In this document: piece after piece, positions 40,701 through 53,255 of the stretch
Numbering within the stretch: position 1 is the first letter of the stretch
How the letters are laid out: every line of letters begins with the position of its first letter
DNA from: Balanoglossus misakiensis
Lineage: Eukaryota > Animalia > Hemichordata
DNA length: 64,000 bases
NCBI GenBank assembly: GCA_040954595.2
Contig: CM082584.2
Span: forward strand, 13,509,337 to 13,573,336
Direction of reading: 5' to 3'
Notes under the pieces: model-generated
Seen by the model: the letters and a program-made list of their open reading frames with translations, nothing else
Told to the model about the DNA's origin: nothing
The model's database searches: none
Position numbers and translations under genes: made by a program

Positions 40701-43700
40701 TTTTTGAAAAAACCATGGGTTATAGCTCAGGAAAATCGTCAGAAAATGAGAATTTTTCGACTTTTCGAATTTTCAAAATTTCGTCGATTTTTGAAAAAAC
40801 CATGGGTTATAGCTCAGGAAAATCGTCAGAAAATGAGAATTTTCCGACTTTGCGAATTTTCAAAATTTCGTCGATTTTTTGAAAAAAACCATGGGTTATA
40901 GCTCAGGAAAATCGTCAAAAATCGAAGATTTTTCGACTTTGCGAATTTTGAAAATTTGGTCATTTTTTGAAAAAACCATGGGTTATAGCTCAGGAAAATC
41001 GTCAAAAATCGAAGATTTGTCGACTTTGCGAATTTCGCAAATTTGGTCATTTTTTGAAAAAACCATGGGTTATAGCTCAGGAAAATCGTCAGAAAATGAG
41101 AATTTTTCGACTTTGCGAATTTTGAAAATTTGGTCATTTTTTGAAAAAACCATGGGTTATAGCTCAGGAAAATCGTCAAAAAACGAAGATTTGTCGACTT
41201 TGCGAATTTTGAAAATTTGGTCATTTTTTGAAAAAACCATGGGTTATAGCTCAGGAAAATGTTCAAAAATCGAGGATTTTTCGACTTTGGGAATTTTGAA
41301 AATTTGGTCATTTTTTGAAAAAAACCATGGGTTATAGCTCAGGAAAATCGTCAAAAATCGAAGATTTTTCGACTTTGCGAATTTTGAAAATTTGGTCATT
41401 TTCTGAAAAAACCATGGGTTATAGCTCAGGAAAATCGTCAAAAATCGAAGATTTTTCGACTTTGCGAATTTTGAAAATTTGGTCATTTTTTGAAAAAACC
41501 ATGGGTTATAGCTCAGGAAAATCGTCAAAAATCGAAGATTTGTCGACTTTGCGAATTTTGAAAATTTGGTCATTTTTTGAAAAAACCATGGGTTATAGCT
41601 CAGGAAAATGTTCAAAAATCGAGGATTTTTCGACTTTGCGAATTTTCAAAATTTGGTCATTTTTTGAAAAAACCATGGGTTATAGCTCAGGAAAATCGTC
41701 AAAAATCGAAGATTTTTCGACTTTACGAATTTTGAAAATTTGGTCATTTTTTGAAAAACCATGGGTTAAAGCTCAGGAAAATCGTCAAAAATCGAAGATT
41801 TTTCGACTTTGCGAATTTTGAAAATTTCGTCAATTTTTGAAAAAACCATGGGTTATAGCTCAGGAAAATCGTCAGAAAATGAGAATTTTTCGACTTTTCG
41901 AATTTTCAAAATTTCGTCGATTTTTGAAAAAACCATGGGTTATAGCTCAGGAAAATCGTCAGAAAATGAGAATTTTCCGACTTTGCGAATTTTCAAAATT
42001 TCGTCGATTTTTTGAAAAAAACCATGGGTTATAGCTCAGGAAAATCGTCAAAAATCGAAGATTTTTCGACTTTGCGAATTTTGAAAATTTGGTCATTTTT
42101 TGAAAAAACCATGGGTTATAGCTCAGGAAAATCGTCAGAAAATGAGAATTTTTCGACTTTTCGAATTTTCAAAATTTCGTCGATTTTTGAAAAAACCATG
42201 GGTTATAGCTCAGGAAAATCGTCAAAAAACGAAGATTTGTCGACTTTGCGAATTTTCAAAATTTGGTCATTTTTTGAAAAAACCATGGGTTATAGCTCAG
42301 GAAAATCGTCAAAAAACGAAGATTTGTCGACTTTGCGAATTTTGAAAATTTGGTCATTTTTTGAAAAAACCATGGGTTATAGCTCAGGAAAATGTTCAAA
42401 AATCGAGGATTTTTCGACTTTGGGAATTTTGAAAATTTGGTCATTTTTTGAAAAAACCATGGATTATAGCTCAGGAAAATCGTCAAAAATCGAAGATTTT
42501 TCGACTTTGCGAATTTTGAAAATTTGGTCATTTTTTGAAAAAACCATGGGTTATAGCTCAGGAAAATCGTTAAAAATCGAAGATTTTTCGACTTTGCGAA
42601 TTTTGAAAATTTGGTCATTTTTTGAAAAAACCATGGGTTATAGCTCAGGAAAATGTTCAAAAATCGAGGATTTTTCGACTTTGCGAATTTTCAAAATTTG
42701 GTCATTTTTTGAAAAAACCATGGGTTATAGCTCAGGAAAATCGTCAAAAATCGAAGATTTTTCGACTTTGCGAATTTTGAAAATTTTGTCGATTTTTGAA
42801 AAAACCATGGGTTATAGCTCAGGAAAATCGTCAGAAAATGAGAATTTTTCGACTTTGCGAATTTTCAAAATTTCGTCGATTTTTGAAAAAACCATGGGTT
42901 ATAGCTCAGGAAAATCGTCAGAAAATGAGAATTTTCCGACTTTGCGAATTTTCAAAATTTCGTCGATTTTTTGAAAAAAACCATGGGTTATAGCTCAGGA
43001 AAATCGTCAAAAATCGAAGATTTTTCGACTTTGCGAATTTTGAAAATTTGGTCATTTTTTGAAAAAAACATGGGTTATAGCTCAGGAAAATGTTCAAAAA
43101 TCGAGGATTTTTCGACTTTGGGAATTTTAAAAATTTGGTCATTTTTTGAAAAAAACCATGGGTTATAGCTCAGGAAAATCGTCAAAAATCGAAGATTTTT
43201 TGACTTTGCGAATTTTGAAAATTTGGTCATTTTTTGAAAAAACCATGGGTCATAGCTCAGGAAAATCGTCAAAAATCGAAGATTTGTCGACTTTTCGAAT
43301 TTTGAAAATTTGGTCATTTTTTGAAAAATACATGGGTTATAGCTCAGGAAAATCGTCAAAATTCGAAGATTTTTCGACTTTGCGAATTTTGAAAATTTGG
43401 TCATTTTTTGAAAAAACCATGGGTTATAGCTCAGGAAAATCGTAAAAAATCGAAGATTTGTCGACTTTGCGAATTTCGAAAATTTGGTCATTTTTTGAAA
43501 AAACCATGGGTTATAGCTCAGGAAAATCGTCAAAAATCGAAGATTTGTCGACTTTGCGAATTTCGAAAATTTGGTCATTTTTTGAAAAAACCATGGGTTA
43601 TAGCTCAGGAAAATCGTCAGAAAATGAGAATTTTTCGACTTTGCGAATTTTCAAAATTTCGTCGATTTTTGAAAAAACCATGGGTTATAGCTCAGGAAAA

Positions 43701-46421
43701 TCGTCAAAAATCGAAGATTTTTCGACTTTGCGAATTTTGAAAATTTTGTCATTTTTTGAAAAACCATGGGTTATAGCTCAGGAAAATGTTCAAAAATCGA
43801 GGATTTTTCGACTTTGGGAATTTTGAAAATTTGGTCATTTTTTGAAAAAAACCATGGGTTATAGCTCAGGAAAATCGTCAAAAATCGAAGATTTTTCGAC
43901 TTTGCGAATTTTGAAAATTTGGTCATTTTTTGAAAAAACCATGGGTTATAGCTCAGGAAAATCGTCAAAAATCGAAGATTTTTCGACTTTGCAAATTTCG
44001 AAAATTTGGTCATTTTTTGAAAAAACCATGGGTTATAGCTCAGGAAAATCGTCAGAAAATGAGAATTTTTCGACTTTGCGAATTTTCAAAATTTTGTCGA
44101 TTTTTGAAAAAACCATGGGTTATAGCTCAGGAATATCGTCAGAAAATGAGAATTTTTCGACTTTGCGAATTTTGAAAATTTGGTCATTTTTTGAAAAAAC
44201 CATGGGTTATAGCTCAGGAAAATCGTCAAAAATCGAAGATTTTTCGACTTTGCGAATTTTGAAAATTTGGTCATTTTTTGAAAAAAACCATGGGTTATAG
44301 CTCAGGAAAATCGTCAAAAATGGAAGATTTTTCGACTTTGCGAATTTTGAAAATTTGGTCATTTTTTGAAAAAACCATGGGTTATAGCTCAGGAAAATCG
44401 TCAAAAATCGAAGATTTGTCGACTTTGCGAATTTCGAAAATTTGGTCATTTTTTGAAAAAACCATGGGTTATAGCTCAGGAAAATCGTCAGAAAATGAGA
44501 ATTTTTCGACTTTGCGAATTTTCAAAATTTCGTCGATTTTTGAAAAAAACATGGGTTATAGCTCAGGAAAATCGTCAAAAATCGAAGATTTTTCGACTTT
44601 GCGAATTTTGAAAATTTGGTCATTTTTTGAAAAAAACCATGGGTTATAGCTCAGGAAAATCGTCAAAAATGGAAGATTTTTCGACTTTGCGAATTTTGAA
44701 AATTTGGTCATTTTTTGAAAAAAACATGGGTTATAGCTCAGGAAAATCGTCAAAAATCGAAGATTTGTCGACTTTGCGAATTTCGAAAATTTGGTCATTT
44801 TTTGAAAAAACCATGGGTTATAGCTCAGGAAAATCGTCAGAAAATGAGAATTTTTCGACTTTGCGAATTTTCAAAATTTCGTCTATTTTTTTAAAAACCA
44901 TGGGTTATAGCTCAGGAAAATCGTCAGAAAATGAGAATTTTTCGACTATGCGAATTTTGAAAATTTGGTCATTTTTTGAAAAAACCATGGGTTATAGCTC
45001 AGGAAAATCGTCAAAAATCGAAGATTTGTCGACTTTGCGAATTTTGAAAATTTGGTCATTTTTTGAAAAAACCATGGGTTATAGCTCAGGAAAATGTTCA
45101 AAAATCGAAGATTTTTCGACTTTGCGAATTTTGAAAATTTGGTCATTTTTTGAAAAAACCATGGGTTATAGCTCAGGAAAATCGTCAAAAATCGAAGATT
45201 TGTCGACTTTGCGAATTTTGAAAATTTGGTCATTTTTTGAAAAATACATGGGTTATAGCTCAGGAAAATCGTCAAAATTCGAAGATTTTTCGACTTTGCG
45301 AATTTTGAAAATTTGGTCATTTTTTGAAAAAACCATGGGTTATAGCTCAGGAAAATCGTAAAAACCATGCTCAGGAAAATCGTCAGAAAATGAGAATTTT
45401 TCGACTTTGCGAATTTTCAAAATTTCGTCGATTTTTGAAAAAACCATGGGTTATAGCTCAGGAAAATCGTCAAAAATCGAAGATTTTTCGACTTTGCGAA
45501 TTTTGAAAATTTTGTCATTTTTTGAAAAACCATGGGTTATAGCTCAGGAAAATGTTCAAAAATCGAGGATTTTTCGACTTTGGGAATTTTGAAAATTTGG
45601 TCATTTTTTGAAAAAAACCATGGGTTATAGCTCAGGAAAATCGTCAAAAATCGAAGATTTTTCGACTTTGCGAATTTTGAAAATTTGGTCATTTTTTGAA
45701 AAAACCATGGGTTATAGCTCAGGAAAATCGTCAGAAAATGAGAATTTTTCGACTTTGCGAATTTTCAAAATTTCGTCGATTTTTGAAAAAACCATGGGTT
45801 ATAGCTCAGGAAAATCGTCAGAAAATGAGAATTTTCCGACTTTGCGAATTTTGAAAATTTGGTCATTTTTTGAAAAAACCATGGGTTATAGCTCAGGAAA
45901 ATCGTCAAAAATCGAAGATTTTTCGACTTTGCGAATTTTGAAAATTTGGTCATTTTTTGAAAAAACCATGGGTTATAGCTCAGGAAAATCGTCAAAAATC
46001 GAAGATTTTTCGACTTTGCTAATTTTGAAAATTTGGTCATTTTTTGAAAAAACCATGGGTTATAGCTCGGGAAAATCGTCAAAAATCGAAGATTTGTCGA
46101 CTTTGCGAATTTTGAAAATTTGGTCATTTTTTGAAAAAACCATGGGTTATAGCTCAGGAAAATCGTCAGAAAATGAGAATTTTTCGACTTTGCGAATTTT
46201 CAAAATTTCGTCGATTTTTGAAAAAAAAACCATGGGTTATAGCTCAGGAAAATCGTCAAAAAATGAGAATTTTTCGACCTTGCGAATTTTCAAAATGTCT
46301 TCATTTTTTGAGAAAAACCATGGGTTATAGCTCATGAAAATCATCCAGAAATGACGATTTTTCGACTTTGCGAATTTTCTTCATTTTTTGAGAAAAACCA
46401 TGGGTTATAGCTCATGAAAAT
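28781..46421 (-). repeat. 87-bp tandem satellite, right arm, reverse-complement orientation (about 200 monomers)
   Basis: Units read GTTATAGCTCAGGAAAATCGTCAAAAATCGAAGATTTTTCGACTTTGCGAATTTTGAAAATTTGGTCATTTTTTGAAAAAACCATGG, the reverse complement of a left-arm monomer variant. Ends at ...GCTCATGAAAAT (46421). Confidence 0.98.
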
Positions 46422-46760
46422 TCACAGACCACTAAATATTTCATGTCCGTTTTAACCAGAATCCAAAAACGAAATTGGAGTACGATTTCACCAAGAAATG
46501 GCTGTCAATCATGTTTATTTTTAGTCACTGAACGTTGACTCAGTTCATCAAAGCTGTTGGGGTTCTTGCGTGTCGTGAAGCGAAACCAACCCAGGCTTCA
46601 GTATTTCCCATTAGCAAGATAAAGATCTATATGATTCGCTTAACTTTAAATTTATGACGAGAAGAACGCCGGGGAATTTTGTGACTATTTATTGTCCATT
46701 GTTCGCCGAAACCGATGTGATCAGCATGTGTTTTTGAAGTTAGGTGAATTCCCTAATATG

Positions 46761-46788
46761 GTCATGTGACGCCCTGCCGTCTATAAAA
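46761..46788 (+). promoter_or_regulatory. Candidate core promoter of thioredoxin-like gene A: E-box (GTCATGTGAC) plus TATA box
   Basis: GTCATGTGAC at 46761-46770 and TATAAAA at 46782-46788, about 100 bp upstream of the ATG at 46888. Confidence 0.5.
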
Positions 46789-46887
46789 ATAAACGCGGCG
46801 TGCAACTCTTTCCATTATCGTTTTGCACGAGCTCTGCAAGTTTTCAAGAGTTGGGACAGCAAAATCTGACACATACAACCGAAAATC

Positions 46888-47766
46888 ATGTCGCACGTAA
46901 GAACCATCTACGAACAGGTATGTATGCAACATTGAGTTTTGCCTGGCCGCACTCCCTGAGTGCTTTTATTATTGAATCATTTCATACGGTCTATGGCTGA
47001 GGAATCCACACGATTACCTCTTCACTGATTAACATCTACTGTGTTAATTTCTCATTCTGTCAACAGGCCGAGTTGAATGATATCAAAAACAATATCGGTG
47101 ATCGAGTGTTGGTCATGATGATTGCAGCTTGGTGGCATGAAAAATCTGAGGAATTCATACCTACATACAAGGTGCGGTTCGGTTTGGTTATTCTGTCCGG
47201 GCATATAAAAGAATATGACAATTTGATTCTAAATTTGCACAATTTAGCAGACCATAACTTTTCAAAACTTGACTTGCTTTTCTTTGATGTAGGCTTACGC
47301 AAAAGAGTTCCGTGCACTGACTTTCATCAAGACGGACATTGCAGCAGCTCCGGTAGGTAACACACAAAAAATAGATTACCAGTTTAAAGTGTTCGTCACA
47401 TTGTGCACTGAATCAGTTCAAATACTTACATGGGTTTTTAATCTTATTTTCACAGGGAATTGCCGCAAGTTATGACATCAATCAGATTCCATCGTTTTTG
47501 TTCTTCAAGAACGCAAATGAGGTAATGATTAGCAACACGTATTTCAACGAATAAATTTCGATTTGTGGTCAATTTGTCAATTGAAGTAAAACTGTATTTA
47601 TTGAGGGGCTGTGGCTGGTAAAGGGGGAACCTTCTTCTCCTGCTATTGAGTAAATTCCGGGACACACTTTAATTTATGTTCTATTTTTCTTCAGATGCGA
47701 GGGAACAGAATCGAAGGATTGAACGAGGAGACTTTGAGATCTACCCTGGAACGTTTGAATGAATAG
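46888..47766 (+). CDS. Thioredoxin-like protein A, 110 aa, no CxxC and no cysteine at all (WCGPC replaced by WHEKS)
   Basis: Exons 46888-46917, 47067-47171, 47293-47352, 47456-47521, 47695-47766, all GT-AG and phase 0; internal exons 105/60/66 bp as in the canonical neighbours. Protein: MSHVRTIYEQAELNDIKNNIGDRVLVMMIAAWWHEKSEEFIPTYKAYAKEFRALTFIKTDIAAAPGIAASYDINQIPSFLFFKNANEMRGNRIEGLNEETLRSTLERLNE*. AATAAA at 47848-47853. Confidence 0.88.
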
Positions 47767-48037
47767 TCAATGTTGTTGATGATCAGGATCCGATTTCGAG
47801 TCGTTGTTTGCTTCATACCGTCACGGGGAAATCAAGTTTAAATACGAAATAAAGATACATGTACGACTAACAATCCTGAACCGACATCAAAAATTGACAT
47901 TTGAGAATTTAATACTTTTCTACATATTGGATTGTAATGTGACATATTCCAGTTCAATTAAAATAAAAATGATTAACTAATTAATCGTTTCTTTCTATTC
48001 GTTGATTGGAGTGTGAGTCTTGGAGATTCTGATTGGT

Positions 48038-48180
48038 CCTGTCCCTCCCTCCCTCCCTCCCAACTCTCGCCCTTTCTCTCTGTCTCTCTCGCTCGCTCTG
48101 TTTGTCAGTCTCTGTGTGTGCAAGTATGTCGGTCCGTGTCTGTCGCTTCCCATCTCGCCCGATGTCTGTCTGTCCGTTCC
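48038..48180. repeat. Pyrimidine-rich low-complexity tract (CCCT, CT and CTGT runs)
   Basis: ccctccctccctccctcc...ctctctgtctctctcgctcgctctgtttgtcagtctctgtgtgtg...tgtctgtctgtccg. Confidence 0.65.
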
Positions 48181-50126
48181 CACTTGCAAGGACACGGAAA
48201 ACTTCAAAGTGTTTACACATGTAGTCTGACTGACCTTTGTGTTATTTATCGCCTTCAACAACCATACTGCAGTTGCTGTCCCAGATCAAAGCGAAAGAAA
48301 CTTTAATAAACACGTTATCAAATATTGCAGGAAAAATGTCGGTTCCGGTTCGGGATACTCGAAAAAGTCTCCTTGTTTCAATTTCTCTTTTAATTTAATC
48401 TAAAGGATCCAAATGTGCTGTAAATTGCTGGTAATAAACTTGTATCGGCTGTAGTGGTACAATTTTGTTCATGAAATCTTAGGATGTCTGCCAGAATGGA
48501 TAAATAATGGATAATTCACTAATAAATGAAAACGGATGTGTGGCTGGTATATACAACTTGATAATACTGCGAATTGTTCAGAATTGCTTTTTGAAAGTAA
48601 ATTTTATATCACGCACTATATATGTGGTCCGTATACCTCTATAAATTATGTATAAATGTGCTGTGCCGAAACCCCCCTTCTCCTAAAAAAGGATTGATGA
48701 CAGACCCAGAGTATCGATTCAGAACTTTAATTCAGAAATGACAAAATTATCACGTTTGCCAGGTGTGTTATGCTATTGTCCAATGGAACACAATGCATTG
48801 TTAACCGAAACCAAGCCGGAGGTGCCGCGGTCAGGTGACTTTCGTTCGTGTTTCGTATTGCGACAAATGTGAAAGAAGTCTTTGACGAAGAATCAGCGTC
48901 ACTTGTTATTAAAACACGATGACCTCACAATATGATGTACATGTATATCAATGATCAAGACGCCACGCGGAGATTCTGTCATCACCTGGTTAGAAATCCC
49001 CCTTCCAACAATTAGGTCCTGATACGCGGTCTCCATATATTATCATTTCGTATGTTAGATTTCGACATTCGACTTTAATTCAATTCCGTAATAACAAATA
49101 GTCGTAAACAAGGAAACAGATCGATTTTTTTTCAACACGCGGAGATCAGCTGATACATAGTACAGGCGATTTATCATGTCGTCACCTGTGTGTGGGTGTA
49201 CAGTTGACCTCAGAGGGCACGTTTGACTTTACGAGCCCCGGACTGTACTTTCATTTTGTAAGCGTTAGTTATGCCCTACTTGGCCGATTTCCCCCTTTTC
49301 TGCCATATGAAACATCCACCATGTTATCTGCTGAATAGTTGACTTGTATTGTTTTTCTTAGAATAGCAAGTCAAAAATGACGTGATTCAATGTTAGTACT
49401 GACTTGGATGTGTTGCCTTGGTTGGGTAATCCAAATTTCCCCCCACTGTCACAAACACACTCACCACATCACATGGTCTGACATGGACAAAACATTCAGC
49501 AACCCCTTCTGTTCTGGCCTCTCTTTAGTTTCATTATAATTTCCATGTAAACAATCCACTTACAATGTGTTGACAGAATGGTTTTGTAATTTACAGTTAT
49601 GATTTATCGAAGACTTCAACGGAAATCGATTGTCTTCAAATTTTGAACAAACATGTTTGTGACACAAATTGAGACAAACAAAACAGCCAACATGACAAAT
49701 CTACAGTTACGCACCCAGACATTACCCTGTCAAACCATAGACCCCGGGGGCCTATGGTAAAACTCTTAAAATATTGAAATTCAGTAAAAGTTTTAAAACT
49801 ACATGTATTTCTATAAAGAGATTACAATTGAGGTTTTAAATCTCATTTTAACAATGACGTCATTGCCTCGGGGTAAGTGCACAAAGCGAGAGACGTGGCA
49901 CTAGTCGCGGCATTGTGGCCATTTTCTTTGAAGTTATGTCGGTTGTGATTTGTTGTGAAAAATTTCAGTGTTCACGTTTCGAAGGTGTATTGGCCACAGA
50001 AATACAAAGCATTGTTAGTGTCTGCAGTTCTTCGCGCGTCACAACCTCGTCGTACATCTGCGCGGATCATAGTTAGCATAGGCCTAAATGTCACGTCTTT
50101 CTACCAGCTCTCAATTTCCAATTCCC

Positions 50127-51910
50127 TCAACTCTTACAGGAGAGTCTTTTCAGGTGGTAACGTAGCAGCTCCTCGCTTGCACCAGAGAAATGTTCAACCT
50201 GTAATTGATAGACAAACAGTTTTGGTGCATCTGCTGTTTCTCTGGTAGGCCTATGTAAATGTCTTGGGAATATTTGAAACTCAAATCTGCTGACCAGTCG
50301 ATCTTACCTTTTCATTTTTCTTGTAAAATTGAAATGTGGGCATACTTGATACTTCACAGTGATGGGCAGTTTCCTGGAAAAAGAATTGTGTTACCGCGAT
50401 TAGTGTATTCAGAAAGTAATTCCTAAGGCAAAATGACAAGGCCTGACCACAACCTGATTTCGTTTGAGAACAGCGCCCTCAAAATCGACTATATTTAGGC
50501 CTATGTTCCGATGTACAAACACAATTTGCACAGATTTGAATGTGTTCAAGTTGAATAAAGAACTGCTGTGGTATACACAGAGAAACTATCAAAATTACCA
50601 CAAGCAGTGGTCACTTTTAGTGGGCTAAGAAAATAACGCACATTTTCGGACTATAAGGTGGAATCGATGTCTTGAGATAATTAAACAGAGAAATTGAAAG
50701 ACTTACAATGTTTTGATTCACATCCACTCTTAGAAACACCACGTCTGGAAATTCCGATGCCATAGCCTACAATGGAAATTATTCATTCATACAAGCCGAT
50801 TACCCTGTAACAGGTCGGAGTATGTCGTGTTGATCTTCGGTACAATATGAATTAAAGTTATGTAGCACTCTGTGATCAACAAGTTGAAACTACAGCATGA
50901 GCTTTCGGGAACATGTACTCCCCTTCATCAGATGCACTCGTGGAATGAACAGAGAAACAGAGAATCATGGGGTATTCAAAGTAGGAAATATGTGCAGGAC
51001 CAGGTGCATCAGAAAACAAAAGAAGGGTTGGGTGTGAAAATTGAACAATGGAAATGTGCATTCCCATTAACATTTCCATTAACAGTTATGACGCCGCAGG
51101 CCATACAGGTCATGTAAGAAGTTTCTCTTGTTTTTATCATGCAACCACCGACTACGACACTGGTAATCATGCAAGACGTTTAATTACGGGGAAACATACA
51201 TTCCAAATAGCCACTAAATCGCTTACCACATATATTGGTCCTATATATCTGCATGGTCCGCACCACGTTGCTGTAAAATCAACCACCACCAGACTGTCGC
51301 CGGCTGCCTTCAACGCGTCTTCAAACTCTTCCTGTATGAAGAGAGAGGGTCAAAGATCGTGGGCTCCAGAGCGCCCGCACACGACTGAATCTGTCAGTTT
51401 ATCATCATGTAGGGTTATGTGTTTATCTTCTGCCGAAAATCCCCGTTCTTCAAACATGAACAGATTCTCCACGTCCCTTACGCAAGGTGTAACTGATCCC
51501 AGTGACCTTCCATCAGATCAGTAGGGCCTACATAACTACATTACAAAATGGGAGCTGGTACGCTGTTATCCAAAAGACGGGGGTTCACTAAAGATGAAAT
51601 CATCTAAAGCTTTGTCGAATCATAAATAACTCTTACGGGAGGATTTCCAGAACACAAGACGAGAAAAGCGTCATCTCAGAACGCCGTGGCCGTACACGAA
51701 AATAAAGTCTGCGATTTTGCAGTCACTGTACTCTTTCCATATGCACCACCTCATTAATTAACTAATTTATTAATGGGCCTCTGATTACATATTCGAAAAT
51801 TCTCATGCTATGCATCTCACAACCGGCAAGTTTAAATCATAAATCGAAAGCGAATGCGACGTGGACACCAAGAATCTTACCTTGGTTTTGATATCAGTCA
51901 CTGCAGACAT
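50127..51910 (-). CDS. TXN: Thioredoxin B, canonical WCGPC, 110 aa
   Basis: Exons 51910-51881, 51331-51227, 50766-50707, 50373-50308, 50198-50127 (30/105/60/66/72 bp, GT-AG). Protein: [110 protein letters not shown]. Good Kozak context (GCCAACATG). Confidence 0.93.
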
Positions 51911-53248
51911 GTTGGCGGTGCTGTAAGATCGCTGCTCTCACTTGTAAGAAATGAATAGGTTTAGAGAGGCTGCTTTTGTATGTTTTCCGGATTACCAAAT
52001 GTGTGAATATTTGAACCTTATGTAAATCACGTGACCCAGAAAGTTATAAAAGCTCAAACTAATAGTTTGAGACATAATCCAAGTCAAGTTCAAGAGGTAG
52101 TCCTCATTTTATTGGAGAGAACAAAAAAATCAAAATTGTCGCACTTCTCCATACAGTCTGTGACTTTCGCTCAAACGGAGGTGTCACGTGCTTTAGACAT
52201 CTGCATGCCACATGCCACATGGACTATTACATAACCATTACATAATTATATCGGTGGTTACATATACCGTGGACGTAAAAGATGCATATACCTGCTATGT
52301 TGACAAACGGAATATTTTCATTTTCATTTTCTGTCTATATTATTTTAGCATGCTACGGGGAATTGAATACGAATCTGGAGATGATACTCAAAACAAATAA
52401 TGATGAAATAGTCTATTTGCAGTGTAGTTCGCACATTGAACTTTGCACGACCCCATTGTCCGCAATTATTGTTTTCTTCTAGGTTACGGTGGATCCCCTG
52501 ACACGTCCATGATGAGAACCCATTGTCTTCTAAATATAAAATCGGGGTTTCGTTTTGTTTTACACCGAACATGGAGGAAATTTATCAACTCAAACGATTT
52601 GTTTGCCATCAGATATGAAAGAATGAGAAATCACAAGATCTGGAACATAGATATTAGCGCGTTGCCACACCGTTGTTCTCGATATACTAGATATATGTCG
52701 CTAATTTAGGTCCTAGCTCGCTCGCTGGATCTCACCGCGGCCAGTCCACGGTCACCCCGTGCACACCTGCATCGTGACCAGATGGATCAATTCAGTGCAC
52801 AGACAGAATGTCTACTGTTGATATCTGAACAAATGCCCAAGTCAACAAATGTGGGCCTTTAAACAAAACTGCGGCGGATAACATAACAATTACATGAAAA
52901 ATAGTCGTTACAGATGGTGGATCTTTGTGGAAGAGCCCAAAACAACATCGTTGTACATCTGCGTAAAACATTCAACACGATTATCATATGGTAGCTAGAT
53001 TATATATTTTGGGAACTAGTTGAATATATTTCAGATGTATAAAAAGTTCAGCACAAAATGAAAGCACAGAACCTGAATCAATACCTGTAATCACGCGACC
53101 ATTTTTATTTGTCTATCGCAGCTATTTTCGTGTTATACGTCATTTCTTTGAAATGTTTCTACCAATCTATTTCCAGAGGACACATCAGCATGCGACTGTT
53201 TTACCTTATAAGGACATGTTACGGATCCAAAGATATTATTTTGGAAGC

Positions 53249-53255
53249 TATAAAT
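53249..53255 (+). promoter_or_regulatory. Candidate TATA box of thioredoxin-like gene C
   Basis: TATAAAT about 60 bp upstream of the ATG at 53316. Confidence 0.4.

Noticed and set aside
3640-46337. Hundreds of ORFs, up to 419 aa, with 29-aa repeats (e.g. KTMGYSSGKCSKIEDFSTLRILKIWSFFE)
   Set aside because: The 87-bp monomer is divisible by 3 and has a stop-free frame on each strand. Frames are broken by frequent homopolymer indels and stops, with no sign of coding constraint.
3496-46421. Possible CRISPR array
   Set aside because: No unique spacers, the variable segments are point variants of one monomer, there are no cas genes, and the context is eukaryotic with spliceosomal introns.
3470-46450. 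Target-site duplication flanking the palindromic array
   Set aside because: Left flank (...GATGAACATTTGAG) and right flank (TCACAGACCACT...) share no convincing direct or inverted match, so transposon status remains unproven.
49734-49758. Short near-palindrome ACCATAGACCCC-G-GGGGCCTATGGT
   Set aside because: Could be collapsed MITE ends, but it is too short and single-copy here to support a call.
50127-50129. TGA after ...CKS in thioredoxin B as a selenocysteine codon
   Set aside because: The position matches the normal thioredoxin C-terminus and I recognised no SECIS element downstream.
51048-51524. 158-aa plus-strand ORF and other short ORFs in 47.9-56.6 kb
   Set aside because: They are antisense to thioredoxin exons or lie in low-complexity or UTR-like DNA, with no recognisable domains.
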